DNA of 64,000 nucleotides from Longimicrobiales bacterium. GTDB taxonomy: Bacteria > Gemmatimonadota > Gemmatimonadetes > Longimicrobiales > Gaopeijiaceae. The notes beneath the pieces are model-generated. The model searched no databases. It had not been told where the DNA came from and saw only the letters and a program-made list of their open reading frames with translations. Shown here piece after piece: positions 1 through 9,886 of this stretch (the stretch's first letter is position 1; each line of letters starts with the position of its first letter). Location of the stretch: assembly GCA_965218295.1 (NCBI GenBank), contig CBDCKN010000012.1, positions 160,001 through 224,000 on the forward strand, given 5' to 3'. The position numbers were made by a program, and so were the translations under genes.

Positions 1-1248
1 CGGCACTACTCGGGAGACTTCGCCGCGTACGTGTACATGAGCGACGACTTCGGAGTGACCTGGTGGCCGATCACCACCGGGCTCCCCCACTCGTCGGTGA
101 ACATCCTCGCGGAGCACCCCGACCAGGAGAATCTGCTCTTCGTGGGGAACGAGGTGGGCCTCTACGTCTCCACGAACGGGGGCACGAGCTGGGAGCCCCT
201 CATGAACGGCCTGCCCACTGTGCCCGTGGACGACATCAAGGTCCAGCCCGACCACAACGACCTTATCATTGGGACCCACGGTCGGGGCATCTGGGTCATG
301 GACAACATTAGCCCCCTCGAAGAGGTCGCCGGCGGATCCATAGAGGCCTCGGACCCCTACCTCTTCCGTGTGGGCCAGGCGGTGGACTGGAGGACCTTCC
401 GCATCCAGGAGTGGACCGCTTCCGGTGAGTTCCGGCTCCCCAACCCGTCGAACGGGGCACGCATCCGATACTGGCTCCCCGAGCAGGCCGCGACGTCGGC
501 CGACGCTGCGGGGGAGAGTGCCGGCAGCGGGGATGATCACATCACGATCGAGATCATGACGGCCACAGGCCAGGGAGTGCGGACCCTCGAAGGGCCCTCC
601 TCTCCAGGTGCCCACGAGGTCACCTGGGACTTCCGCATCGACCCGGCGTACGAGGCCGACGAGGGTGGTGGTGGTGGGTTCGGCGGAGGCGGCGCCGAGG
701 GCCCGAAGGTGCTTCCCAGCGTCTACCAGATCCAGATCGAGGTCGGTGAGACCACCATGTTAGGCGACCTGGTCATGCGCCGGGATCCCCGCATCGAGGT
801 GTCCCAGGAGGACCTGGCCGCGCGGCAGGCCGCGCTCATGTCGGTCTACCAGCTTCAGGCGCCGGTCTATCACGCCGGCCAAGCGATCCGGCGACTCAGG
901 GATCAGCTCGCCGACGTGGACGACCTCCTGAACGACGCCACCGACGCGCCCGAAGCCCTGAGCGAGGAGGTGGAGGCGATCGAGGAAGAGCTGGAGAGTC
1001 TCGGGGACGACCTCGATGACCTCCCGGTGCAGCAGACGCGATCGGCCATCGAGGGGTCCACGACACGACCCACCGAGGACCAGTTTCAGGACATCGACGG
1101 GGCATGGGAGGACGCGCCCGGGATCATCGAGCGGCTCAACGCTCTCATCTCGGATCGGATGCCTGCCCTCAACCGTCGTCTTGACGATGAGGGTATCCGG
1201 GCCGATCCCGGGGAGGCCGTGGAGATGCCGAGACGAGGAGGCCGCTGA
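1..1248 (+). CDS. VPS10/sortilin-like BNR-repeat glycosyl hydrolase, C-terminal part (5' end outside window)
   Basis: Frame open from base 1; BNR/Asp-box motifs SDDFGVTW and STNGGTSW; 'NDLIIGTHGRGIWVMDNI' and a C-terminal coiled coil typical of this family. Confidence 0.8.
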   Translation, partial: RHYSGDFAAYVYMSDDFGVTWWPITTGLPHSSVNILAEHPDQENLLFVGNEVGLYVSTNGGTSWEPLMNGLPTVPVDDIKVQPDHNDLIIGTHGRGIWVMDNISPLEEVAGGSIEASDPYLFRVGQAVDWRTFRIQEWTASGEFRLPNPSNGARIRYWLPEQAATSADAAGESAGSGDDHITIEIMTATGQGVRTLEGPSSPGAHEVTWDFRIDPAYEADEGGGGGFGGGGAEGPKVLPSVYQIQIEVGETTMLGDLVMRRDPRIEVSQEDLAARQAALMSVYQLQAPVYHAGQAIRRLRDQLADVDDLLNDATDAPEALSEEVEAIEEELESLGDDLDDLPVQQTRSAIEGSTTRPTEDQFQDIDGAWEDAPGIIERLNALISDRMPALNRRLDDEGIRADPGEAVEMPRRGGR

Positions 1249-1353
1249 CGGCCCGCAAATACGTATGCCTCCCGTGCTCCGCGAAAACTGGTCCTTCTGG
1301 CTCTAAGAACAGGAAAACTCCCCGAGGGGGCTCACAGGCCTCTAGAGGACCGC

Positions 1354-1659
1354 TCAGGTAATGTCGTCGACGCTCGCGGGTTGCGGCCTCGTTCCCTCCG
1401 CAACTTCTCGGATGATCTGCGACAGGTGTTCGGAGACCGGGTCGTGAGGGACCAGCTCCAGCGCCTTGCTCACGAAGCCCTCGGCTTCGGCGAGGTCACC
1501 GCCCAGAAGGTAGGCCAAAGCCAGGTTCGCCATGAGTCCAGGGTCGTCGGGGCGGGCGTCCAGGGCGGCCTGGCAGCACTGGAGCGCGAGCTCGGTGTTC
1601 CCGGCCTCGAAGGCGGCAAGCCCGGTCTCCCGAGCCACGTCGGAGGTCGTATCCGGCAT
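1354..1659 (-). CDS. Small TPR-repeat protein (start uncertain, possibly a fragment)
   Basis: TPR pattern GLAAFEAGNTELALQCCQAALDARPDDPGLMANLALAYLLGGDLAEAEGFVSKALELVPHD. Confidence 0.65.
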   Translation of the reverse strand: MPDTTSDVARETGLAAFEAGNTELALQCCQAALDARPDDPGLMANLALAYLLGGDLAEAEGFVSKALELVPHDPVSEHLSQIIREVAEGTRPQPASVDDIT

Positions 1660-2063
1660 GCGGATCCTTACGATCCGGTGCACCCGGCAGTTGAGCCCAA
1701 CCGCCTCCTTGGACGGACTCATAGAGCGGAGGTAGGGACTCACTGGACCTACACGGTTTTGTCCAGGCCGTCCTCGCCGCTTCCAACGGTCGAGTTCCCT
1801 CAAAACGTGTTCTCTGGGACAGGCTCCAGGAGGCACGGCCCACCGTCCGACGCCGGAGGGTAGAGCAGCTGTAGGCCGGTGAAGGTGACGCGAGCTCGGC
1901 CCACGGCGGCGGCCACGCTATGCCAGGCCGATAGCACCTACTCGACTTGCGCATTTGTGAAAGAAGGTGCAAGATAATTGGTTATCCCTCCACGGGCGCC
2001 AGTCTCTGACGCAGATTCCCTCTTCAGGGTCGGGGGAATCGCTGGTGTGTTTACGCGTCGTAG

Positions 2064-5000
2064 ATGGAGGGGGCCGTGAGGATTATTCGACCGAGCACGC
2101 CCCCGCTCTACAACGGGGCATTCGAGCACGATGGCTGTGGCACGGGATTCGTCGCCACCATCGATGGCGAGCGTAGCCATCGCATCGTCGAGCTGGCGGT
2201 ACGGGCGGTCGTAAACCTCACACACCGCGGGGCCGTGTCGGCGGACGCCTCGTCCGGCGATGGGGCGGGCGTCACGATCCAGATTCCGCACGAGCTGTTG
2301 GCGGAGGACGCCACGCGCCTCGGCCTGGACCCGAGCCAACTGAGCGACCTGGCCGTGGCGATGGTCTTCTTGCCGAGGGACGAGGAGGCCCGGTCGCAGG
2401 CGCGGTCGTTGCTGGAGGAGGCCGCGCGCCGGACCGGTATCCAAGTGCTCGGTTGGCGTGTCGTGCCGATTGACGCTTCGGTCCTCGGAGGGTCGGCGCT
2501 GGAATCACTTCCGGGAATCGAGCAACTCCTGCTGGCGCGACCCCCGGAGCTGCAAGGCGCCGCCTTCGATCGGGCGCTCTACCTGGCGTGCCGTCGCGCG
2601 GAGGCCGTATTCCGCACGCACAAGATAGACGCATACATCGTCTCGATGTCTGGGCGTACCGTCGTCTACAAGGGGCTTATGGTCGCTCCGCAGCTGGGGC
2701 GCTTCTTCCGAGACCTCTCGGACCCGCGCACCCGCTCCGGGCTCGCCCTCTTCCACCAGCGCTTCGCGACCAACACGCTCCCGAGCTGGGATCTCGCACA
2801 ACCGTTCCGTCTCGTCGCCCACAATGGCGAGATCAATACCCTCGTCGGCAACCGCAACTGGATGAGCGCGCGAGAACCCGAGCTGACGTCGACCGTCTGG
2901 GGCGACCAACTCCAGGAACTGTTCCCGGTTATCTGGCCGATCGGCTCCGACACCGCCTCCCTGGACGAGGCCCTCGAGCTGCTCGTGACCTCCGGCCGCG
3001 ACCTGCTGCACGCGATGGCGATGCTGATCCCGGAGGCCTGGGAGAACATGCCCAACATGGACCCGGGGCTGCGCGCCTTCTACGAGTACCATGCGTGTCT
3101 CGCGGAGCCGTGGGACGGCCCGGCCGCGGTTGCGTTCACCGACGGCACCGTGGTCGCCGCGGTGATGGATCGCAACGGGCTCCGTCCGGCGCGCTATCAG
3201 GTTACGTCCGACGGCCTGGTGATCATGAGCTCGGAGGTGGGCCTGTTGGACATCCCGCTGAGCGAGATCGTCGAGTCCGGGCGCATCGGGCCCGGAGAGA
3301 TGATCGCCGTCGATGGGGAAAGGCAGCGGTTCCTGCGCAACGACGAGATCAAGGGGGACTTTGCCTCGCGCCGCCCCTATGGCGAGTGGGTGAGTCGTAA
3401 CCTTCACGACCTGAACTCCTCGTTGGACCGCGACGACGGGTGCCACCCTCCGCAGGCTGTCGGGAACGTCGAGCAGATGCAGGTGCTCCACGGATACACG
3501 CGCGAAGAGATCCGGTCCGTCATCACACCGATGGTGCAGCAGGGCAAAGAACCGACGGGATCGATGGGCGACGACACGCCGCCGTCGATCCTCAACGACC
3601 GGCAGCGGCTGCTCTACACGTACTTCCGGCAGCGCTTCGCGCAGGTGACCAACCCCCCGATCGACTCCTTGCGCGAGGAGATCGTGATGTCGCTGAACAC
3701 GTACCTGGGTCGGCGGCGCTCGATCTTGGAGGAAGCGCCTGAAGCCGCGCGGCTGGTGCGCCTGATGAGTCCGCTCATGACGGACCAGGATCTGGCGGCG
3801 CTGCGCCTGACACCGGGGTGGAAGCTTGCGACTCTCGACGCGTGCTTCGCGGCGGAGGACGGCGAAGATGGACTCGTTCACGGACTGGACGAACTCTGCG
3901 CGGCAGCGGTGACCGCGATCGACGAGGGACACAGTTTGCTGGTCATCAGCGACCGTCTGGTCGACGAGCACCGCGCGCCGATCCCCATGCTGCTCGCGGT
4001 CTCGACCGTCCACCACCACCTGATCCGCGAAGGCCGGCGGATGCGCGCTAGCATCGTCGCTGAGACCGGCGACGCGCGGGACGTGCACCACTTCGGCGCG
4101 CTGATCGGCTTCGGCGCCTCGGCCGTGAACCCGTATCTCGTATTCGAGACTTTGCAGGCTCTGGTGCACCAAGGAGCGTTCGAGGAGCGCACGCTCGATG
4201 AGGTGATGCACAGCTACATCCAGGCCGTCGACGCAGGCATCCTCAAGGTGATGTCGAAGATGGGCATTTCCGCTGTTTCCTCCTATCACGGGGCCCAGAT
4301 CTTCGAGGCGCTGGGCATCGGCGATGAGGTGATCCAGCGCTGTTTCCCCGGCACGACGTCCCGCATTGGCGGCATCGGCTTCGAGGAGATCGCAAATGAC
4401 GTCCTCGAGCGGCACCGCCGCGCGTACTCGGACGACCCCATGGAGCGCGGTGGCTGGTACCAGTACCGTCGCGACGGTGACTACCACGCCAACGCGCCCC
4501 AGGTCTGGCGCGCTCTGCACAAGGTCACGCAGGGCGGTGGAACGGAAGAGTATCGCGCGTACTCGAGTCTGGTTCACGACCGACCGCCCACGGCGCTGCG
4601 CGACCTACTCGAGTTCGCACCGGATCGCCAACCGATCGACGTCGATCGCGTGGAGCCGATCGAGCAGGTGACACGCCGCTTCCAGACCGGCGCGATGTCG
4701 TTGGGCGCGCTGAGTCCCGAGGCGCACGAGGACGTCGCGCGCGCCATGAACCGACTGGGAGGGCGCTCCAACACCGGAGAGGGAGGCGAGGACCCTCGCC
4801 GTTTCGCGCCGGACGGCGACAAGCGCGACGCGAACTCGACGGTGAAGCAAGTCGCCTCAGGGCGCTTCGGCGTGACCCCCGCCTACTTGGCCGGCTCACA
4901 CGAATTGGAGATCAAGATGGCGCAGGGCTCCAAGCCCGGGGAGGGCGGGCAGCTCCCTGGTCACAAGGTCTCGGAGTACATCGCTGGGTTGCGTCACGTG

Positions 5001-6722
5001 ATGCCTGGGACGCCGTTGATCTCCCCACCGCCTCATCACGACATCTACTCGATCGAGGACATCGCGCAGCTGATCTATGACCTGAAGATGGCCAACCCCC
5101 GCGCCCGCGTCTGCGTAAAGCTGGTCGCTGCCGAGGGTGTCGGCACGATCGCGGCCGGCGTCGCCAAGGCCTACGCCGACGTGATCCAGATCAGCGGGGC
5201 GGATGGCGGCACCGGCGCCTCGCCTCTCTCGTCGATCAAATACGCGGGCAATCCTTGGGAGCTCGGCCTCGCGGAGACGCAGCAGACGCTGGTGATGAAC
5301 GGGCTGCGCGGTCGGGTGACGCTGCGCACTGACGGTGGCCTGCACACTGGGCGAGACGTGGTGGTCGCGGCCCTCCTTGGTGCCGAACAATACGGCTTCG
5401 GCACCGCCGCGCTGATCGCTATAGGTTGTAAGATGGCGCGCCAGTGCCACCTCAATACGTGCCCCGTGGGGATCGCCACGCAGAGTGAGGATTACCGCAA
5501 GAAGTACTTCGGTACGCCCGAGATGCTGATCGACTTCCTCACGCACGTCGCTCAAGAGGTGCGTGAGATCCTGGCAGGACTCGGCTATGAGCGGCTGGAC
5601 GACGTGATCGGGCGCGCCGATCTGTTGCGGCAGCTCCCGTCGCGTGAGGTCGATCGCTGGCGAGGCGTGGACCTGTCGAAGCTCATCGCGCCGGCATCGA
5701 GCGAGTCGGGGGAGCCCGCCCACGCCATCCAGGATCGCAACGACCGCCCAGGCACCGCGCTGGACGACCGGATCTTGGAGGATCTCGATCGCGCATGGGA
5801 GGACGGCACGCCCTTCCGTGGCTCATATCAGATCTACAACACGGACCGCACCGTCGGCGGACGCATCGGCGGGCGCATCGCGCAGATCCACGGTGACGCC
5901 GGCCTGCCGGAGGGTTCCATCAAGCTGCACTTCACAGGCTCGGCAGGGCAGTCGTTTGGCGCCTGGCTGGTCCCGGGCGTCAGGCTGCGCCTGGTCGGCG
6001 AGGCCAACGACTACGTAGCCAAGGGGATGACGGGCGGTGAGATCACGATCCGCGCGCCTGGTGAGGCCGGGTTCGAAGCGCACGACGCGACGCTGGTCGG
6101 CAACACCGTGCTCTACGGGGCCACCGGCGGAAGCCTCTTCATCGCGGGCCGCGCCGGCGAGCGATTCGCCGTGCGCAACTCCGGCGCTCGCACCGTCGTG
6201 GAGGGCGTCGGCGACCACGCCTGTGAGTACATGACGGATGGCGTCGTCGTGATCCTGGGCGACACGGGTCGCAACTTCGGCGCGGGCATGTCGAACGGCG
6301 TGGCCTTCGTGCTGGACGAGCGGGGCAGCCTCCCTTCGCGCGTGAACCCGGAGCTCGTAGGCTGGGAGCGCGTGACCGAGGCGGCAGACATCGAGCTGCT
6401 GACGGCTCTGATCAGACGTCACCGTGAGCGGACCGGGTCGCGCCTAGCCCGCCAGATCCTGAGGCACTGGCCGGACGTGCTGCCGAAGTTCCGGAAAGTC
6501 GCCCCCAAGATCGCGCTGAGCGAGGATGGCCCCATGACGGTGGTGCGGCGCCACCTCGAGCGTCTGCAGAAGCTGACTCGTCCACGGGCGCGCCGGACAG
6601 ATCGAGCAGAAGCAGAATTGCAGGAGCCCATGCCATTGTCTGAAGCAAGGCGAGACCGTCCTGGAACCGGGAAGCGGCGCAGGCGAGATCCGTCCCACCA
6701 CCACACGGGTTGGAGTCCATGA
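2064..6722 (+). CDS. gltB: Glutamate synthase large subunit
   Basis: EHDGCGTGF (N-terminal catalytic Cys), HNGEINT, EPWDGPA, FAQVTNPPID, SNTGEGGE, AQGSKPGEGGQLPGHKV, SPPPHHDIYSIED, 3Fe-4S CKMARQCHLNTCPVG and GXGXG beta-helix domain. Confidence 0.97.
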   Translation: MEGAVRIIRPSTPPLYNGAFEHDGCGTGFVATIDGERSHRIVELAVRAVVNLTHRGAVSADASSGDGAGVTIQIPHELLAEDATRLGLDPSQLSDLAVAMVFLPRDEEARSQARSLLEEAARRTGIQVLGWRVVPIDASVLGGSALESLPGIEQLLLARPPELQGAAFDRALYLACRRAEAVFRTHKIDAYIVSMSGRTVVYKGLMVAPQLGRFFRDLSDPRTRSGLALFHQRFATNTLPSWDLAQPFRLVAHNGEINTLVGNRNWMSAREPELTSTVWGDQLQELFPVIWPIGSDTASLDEALELLVTSGRDLLHAMAMLIPEAWENMPNMDPGLRAFYEYHACLAEPWDGPAAVAFTDGTVVAAVMDRNGLRPARYQVTSDGLVIMSSEVGLLDIPLSEIVESGRIGPGEMIAVDGERQRFLRNDEIKGDFASRRPYGEWVSRNLHDLNSSLDRDDGCHPPQAVGNVEQMQVLHGYTREEIRSVITPMVQQGKEPTGSMGDDTPPSILNDRQRLLYTYFRQRFAQVTNPPIDSLREEIVMSLNTYLGRRRSILEEAPEAARLVRLMSPLMTDQDLAALRLTPGWKLATLDACFAAEDGEDGLVHGLDELCAAAVTAIDEGHSLLVISDRLVDEHRAPIPMLLAVSTVHHHLIREGRRMRASIVAETGDARDVHHFGALIGFGASAVNPYLVFETLQALVHQGAFEERTLDEVMHSYIQAVDAGILKVMSKMGISAVSSYHGAQIFEALGIGDEVIQRCFPGTTSRIGGIGFEEIANDVLERHRRAYSDDPMERGGWYQYRRDGDYHANAPQVWRALHKVTQGGGTEEYRAYSSLVHDRPPTALRDLLEFAPDRQPIDVDRVEPIEQVTRRFQTGAMSLGALSPEAHEDVARAMNRLGGRSNTGEGGEDPRRFAPDGDKRDANSTVKQVASGRFGVTPAYLAGSHELEIKMAQGSKPGEGGQLPGHKVSEYIAGLRHVMPGTPLISPPPHHDIYSIEDIAQLIYDLKMANPRARVCVKLVAAEGVGTIAAGVAKAYADVIQISGADGGTGASPLSSIKYAGNPWELGLAETQQTLVMNGLRGRVTLRTDGGLHTGRDVVVAALLGAEQYGFGTAALIAIGCKMARQCHLNTCPVGIATQSEDYRKKYFGTPEMLIDFLTHVAQEVREILAGLGYERLDDVIGRADLLRQLPSREVDRWRGVDLSKLIAPASSESGEPAHAIQDRNDRPGTALDDRILEDLDRAWEDGTPFRGSYQIYNTDRTVGGRIGGRIAQIHGDAGLPEGSIKLHFTGSAGQSFGAWLVPGVRLRLVGEANDYVAKGMTGGEITIRAPGEAGFEAHDATLVGNTVLYGATGGSLFIAGRAGERFAVRNSGARTVVEGVGDHACEYMTDGVVVILGDTGRNFGAGMSNGVAFVLDERGSLPSRVNPELVGWERVTEAADIELLTALIRRHRERTGSRLARQILRHWPDVLPKFRKVAPKIALSEDGPMTVVRRHLERLQKLTRPRARRTDRAEAELQEPMPLSEARRDRPGTGKRRRRDPSHHHTGWSP

Positions 6723-6928
6723 TGCGCCGACCTGCCGTCCTGACCGTCTTGCTGCTTGCGGTGGGGCCGCACGAATTCGTACGACCGAAGAAGATATTGC
6801 CGCGGTAACGTCCGTCACCTGAGGAGCTCGTTGCGCCTCGGCCTCGGCGACAGCGACCCGGACAGGGATCAGCGTGTCCGGGGTGACCGACATCGACGTG
6901 ATCCCGCACGACTCCGGAGGCGTGGGCT

Positions 6929-7090
6929 TCAATTGATGTGAACCGCGATCCGCTCGGCGAGCGCGGCAATCGTGCGCGACGGATTGAGTCCGACCGCCTC
7001 CGGCACGATCGCTCCGTCCGCGACGTACAGTCGCTCGTGGCCGAACACCTCGCCGAGGTGATTCACCACGCCATTCGCCGAAGTGGTACG
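6929..7090 (-). pseudogene. C-terminal remnant of a GMC (cholesterol-oxidase-like) oxidoreductase
   Basis: Minus-strand translation GVVNHLGEVFGHERLYVADGAIVPEAVGLNPSRTIAALAERIAVHIN* matches the GMC C-terminal signature; no upstream part present. Confidence 0.7.
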
Positions 7091-7282
7091 GTCTTCTTGG
7101 ACATGCAACGTTCATACGTATACTCACGATATAAAGATACGTATACCTTTTCGAGGGAGAACTTGGATCGAGAACCGGATTCTGGGGGATCAGGTTGTCA
7201 GGGTGGACTACAACAGCGACATTCGTCCCGCTCGACATTCCGGCTACTACGAACAGCAGCATGACTCCCTGAGGAGCGGCCC

Positions 7283-7795
7283 GTGAATCTGGACGAGGTC
7301 CAGGCCGTGATCGACAGCGCCAAGGCGCGAGGCACGGCGGTACTGGAGAAGTACGTTCGGGACAGAATGCCCGACGCTTCGGAACAGGAGGTCCGGGATG
7401 CCGCCGAAGTCGCGCTGGAGATCATCGAGACGGTGCCCATCTTCCTCGCCACCGCCGCTCAGGAGGCCGAGGAGCGCCACCTCACTCCGGTCGTGCAGCC
7501 CCTGCTGGATCGGGCGGTCCGCTACTTCCTCCACCCCGTCGACATCATACCCGAGATGACCCTGGGGTTGGTCGGGCTCTTGGATGATACCTATCTGGTC
7601 CTTCGCATCCTCCAGGTGCTCGAGCAGGGACCCCAGCCCCTCGTGGAGTGGGATCTGGATCACCCGACGACCTTCATGCGCAAGCTGCTCGGCGAGCAGG
7701 TAGGCCAGCAGCTCGACGCCATGTCGGCCATCGCGTTCGAGGAGGTGGCTGGAAGCGCCGGTCGGTTCTGGCACACGGAGCCGCTCGACGCCTGA
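7283..7795 (+). CDS. DUF1232/YkvA family protein
   Basis: YFLHPVDIIPEMTLGLVGLLDD motif; GAGGAG RBS upstream of GTG. Confidence 0.8.
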   Translation: MNLDEVQAVIDSAKARGTAVLEKYVRDRMPDASEQEVRDAAEVALEIIETVPIFLATAAQEAEERHLTPVVQPLLDRAVRYFLHPVDIIPEMTLGLVGLLDDTYLVLRILQVLEQGPQPLVEWDLDHPTTFMRKLLGEQVGQQLDAMSAIAFEEVAGSAGRFWHTEPLDA

Positions 7796-7875
7796 GCCGT
7801 AGCGAGTGTCACGCGCGTCGTCCGGCGCGCGTCGAGTGCATACACCACACTAGAGTAAATCATCAAGGAGGGACG

Positions 7876-8922
7876 ATGCGCATCGTGCATCTGATTCCGC
7901 TCGGAGCCCTGGTGCTGGGGCTCTCCGCCGACGCCCTGACGGCCCAAATGGTCCAGGAGATCGAGATTGCCGAGTGGGAGGTACCTTGGGAGAACAGCCG
8001 TCCGCGTGATCCGTACGTGGCCCCCGACAGCAAGGTCTGGTTCGTGGGCCAGCGCAGTCACTACGCTGCCTGGCTGGACCGGGAGACCGGGGAATTCAAG
8101 CGGTTCCCCCTCGACGAGGGCACCGGTCCCCACAACCTGATCGTAGACGACGACGGAACCGTTTTCTACGCGGGAAACCGGGTGCGGCATATCGGCAAGC
8201 TCGACCCGGAGACGGGTGACATCGAGAAGTTCTGGATGCCCGACGAGGCGGCCCGCGATCCACACACCCTGGTCTTCGGTGGGGACGACGACCTGTGGTT
8301 CACGGTCCAGGGCGGCAACTTCGTCGGACGTTTCGCCCGCGGGACCGGCGACATGCACCTCGTGAAGGCACCCGAGGTCACGAATGGCAGGGGGTCGTCC
8401 AGCCGTCCCTACGGGATAAAGATGGACTCGAAGAACCACCCGTGGATCACATTGTTCAACACGAACAAGATCGCCACTGTGGACCCGGAGACGATGGAGC
8501 TCACCTCCTTCGACCTCCCCGACGAGCGCACGCGACCGCGCCGCCTCGTCGTCGACTCCCACGACATCGTCTGGTACGTGGACTACAGCCTCGGCCGGCT
8601 GGGTCGGCTGGACCCCCGGACGGGAGACATCAAGGAGTGGGACAACCCGTCGGGGGCGAAGTCGAGGCCGTACGCGGTGGCCATCGACGCATCGGACCGT
8701 ATCTGGTTCGTCGAGACGGGAGTGCAGCCCAACAAGTTCGTCGGCTTCGATCCGGCCACTGAGCAGTTCTTCTCCATCACCGAGATTGGAAGCGGTGGGG
8801 GCTCGGTCCGCCACATGTTCTACGAAGAGAGCACCAACTCGATCTGGTTCGGATCCGATGAGAACACGATTGGGCAGGCTAAGCTTCCCCCGCTGAGGCC
8901 CCGGACGACCACCGACCGTTAG
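7876..8922 (+). CDS. Virginiamycin B lyase-like (Vgb) beta-propeller, secreted
   Basis: AAGGAG RBS, signal peptide, repeated RPRDP/GPHNL/DPHTL/RPYG propeller blades with WF motifs. Confidence 0.8.
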   Translation: MRIVHLIPLGALVLGLSADALTAQMVQEIEIAEWEVPWENSRPRDPYVAPDSKVWFVGQRSHYAAWLDRETGEFKRFPLDEGTGPHNLIVDDDGTVFYAGNRVRHIGKLDPETGDIEKFWMPDEAARDPHTLVFGGDDDLWFTVQGGNFVGRFARGTGDMHLVKAPEVTNGRGSSSRPYGIKMDSKNHPWITLFNTNKIATVDPETMELTSFDLPDERTRPRRLVVDSHDIVWYVDYSLGRLGRLDPRTGDIKEWDNPSGAKSRPYAVAIDASDRIWFVETGVQPNKFVGFDPATEQFFSITEIGSGGGSVRHMFYEESTNSIWFGSDENTIGQAKLPPLRPRTTTDR

Positions 8923-9171
8923 CCGGGGCCCTCCTCCTCCTCCACCACCGTCCCGTCGGGTTTCACACTCGCAGTATCGGACGGCAGCATGGGCGTAGCC
9001 GGTGACCGAGTCGCCGTACTGCATGGGCTGGACGTGACACCCTCGGAGGACCAGCTCCACTTTGCCCACCAGATGCCCGAGCATGGCCGAAGCGCAGGAG
9101 GCACCTTGCGCAACGCCCGCCCGCCCCCACCTTGAGCGGCGTCCACCCGGCGACGGCACCCAGGAGGCGGC

Positions 9172-9858
9172 ATGGCCGTAAAGTACTTCACCGACTCGAC
9201 ATTCACCTTCCTGAAGGACCTGAAGGCGAACAACAACCGGGAGTGGTTCCAGGAGAACAAGGACCGGTACGAGCAGCACCTGAAGGATCCGGCAATCCGG
9301 TTCATCATCGACTTCGGTGCCCACCTCAAGAAGATCAGCGAGCACTTCCGCTCCGATCCCCGCACCGTGGGCGGCTCCATGTTCCGGATCTACAGGGACA
9401 CGCGCTTCTCCAAGGACAAGAGCCCCTACAAGACCTATCTGGGGATCCAATTCCGACACGATCTCGGAAAGGACGCCCACGCTCCCGGCTTCTACCTCCA
9501 CATGGAGGTGGGCGGCTGCTTCGCCGGAGCGGGGATGTGGCGACCCGACTCTCCGAGCCTGAAGCAGATTCGGGAAGCTATGGTAGAGGACCCCAAGGCG
9601 TGGAAGCGGGCCGTGGGCGGCAAGCGCTTCACCGACACGTATGATCTCGAGGGCGACCGTCTCAAGCGCCCCCCCAAGGGCTTCGACCCAGAGCACGCTC
9701 TGGTCGAGGACCTGAAGCGGAAGGACTTCATCGGGGTCGCCAAGATCCCGAAGAAGACGATCACTAGCCCGGACCTGCCAAAGGACCTCGCCAGGGTGTT
9801 CGGGGCAGGCACACCGCTCATGAAGTTCCTCTGTGACGCGGTGTCTGCGCCGTTCTGA
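9172..9858 (+). CDS. DUF2461 (TIGR02453) family protein
   Basis: FLKDLKANNNREWF and FRIYRDTRFSKDKSPYKT motifs; GGAGG RBS. Confidence 0.9.
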   Translation: MAVKYFTDSTFTFLKDLKANNNREWFQENKDRYEQHLKDPAIRFIIDFGAHLKKISEHFRSDPRTVGGSMFRIYRDTRFSKDKSPYKTYLGIQFRHDLGKDAHAPGFYLHMEVGGCFAGAGMWRPDSPSLKQIREAMVEDPKAWKRAVGGKRFTDTYDLEGDRLKRPPKGFDPEHALVEDLKRKDFIGVAKIPKKTITSPDLPKDLARVFGAGTPLMKFLCDAVSAPF

Positions 9859-9886
9859 TTTTGATGATGCGTAAGGAGCTTCCCGT

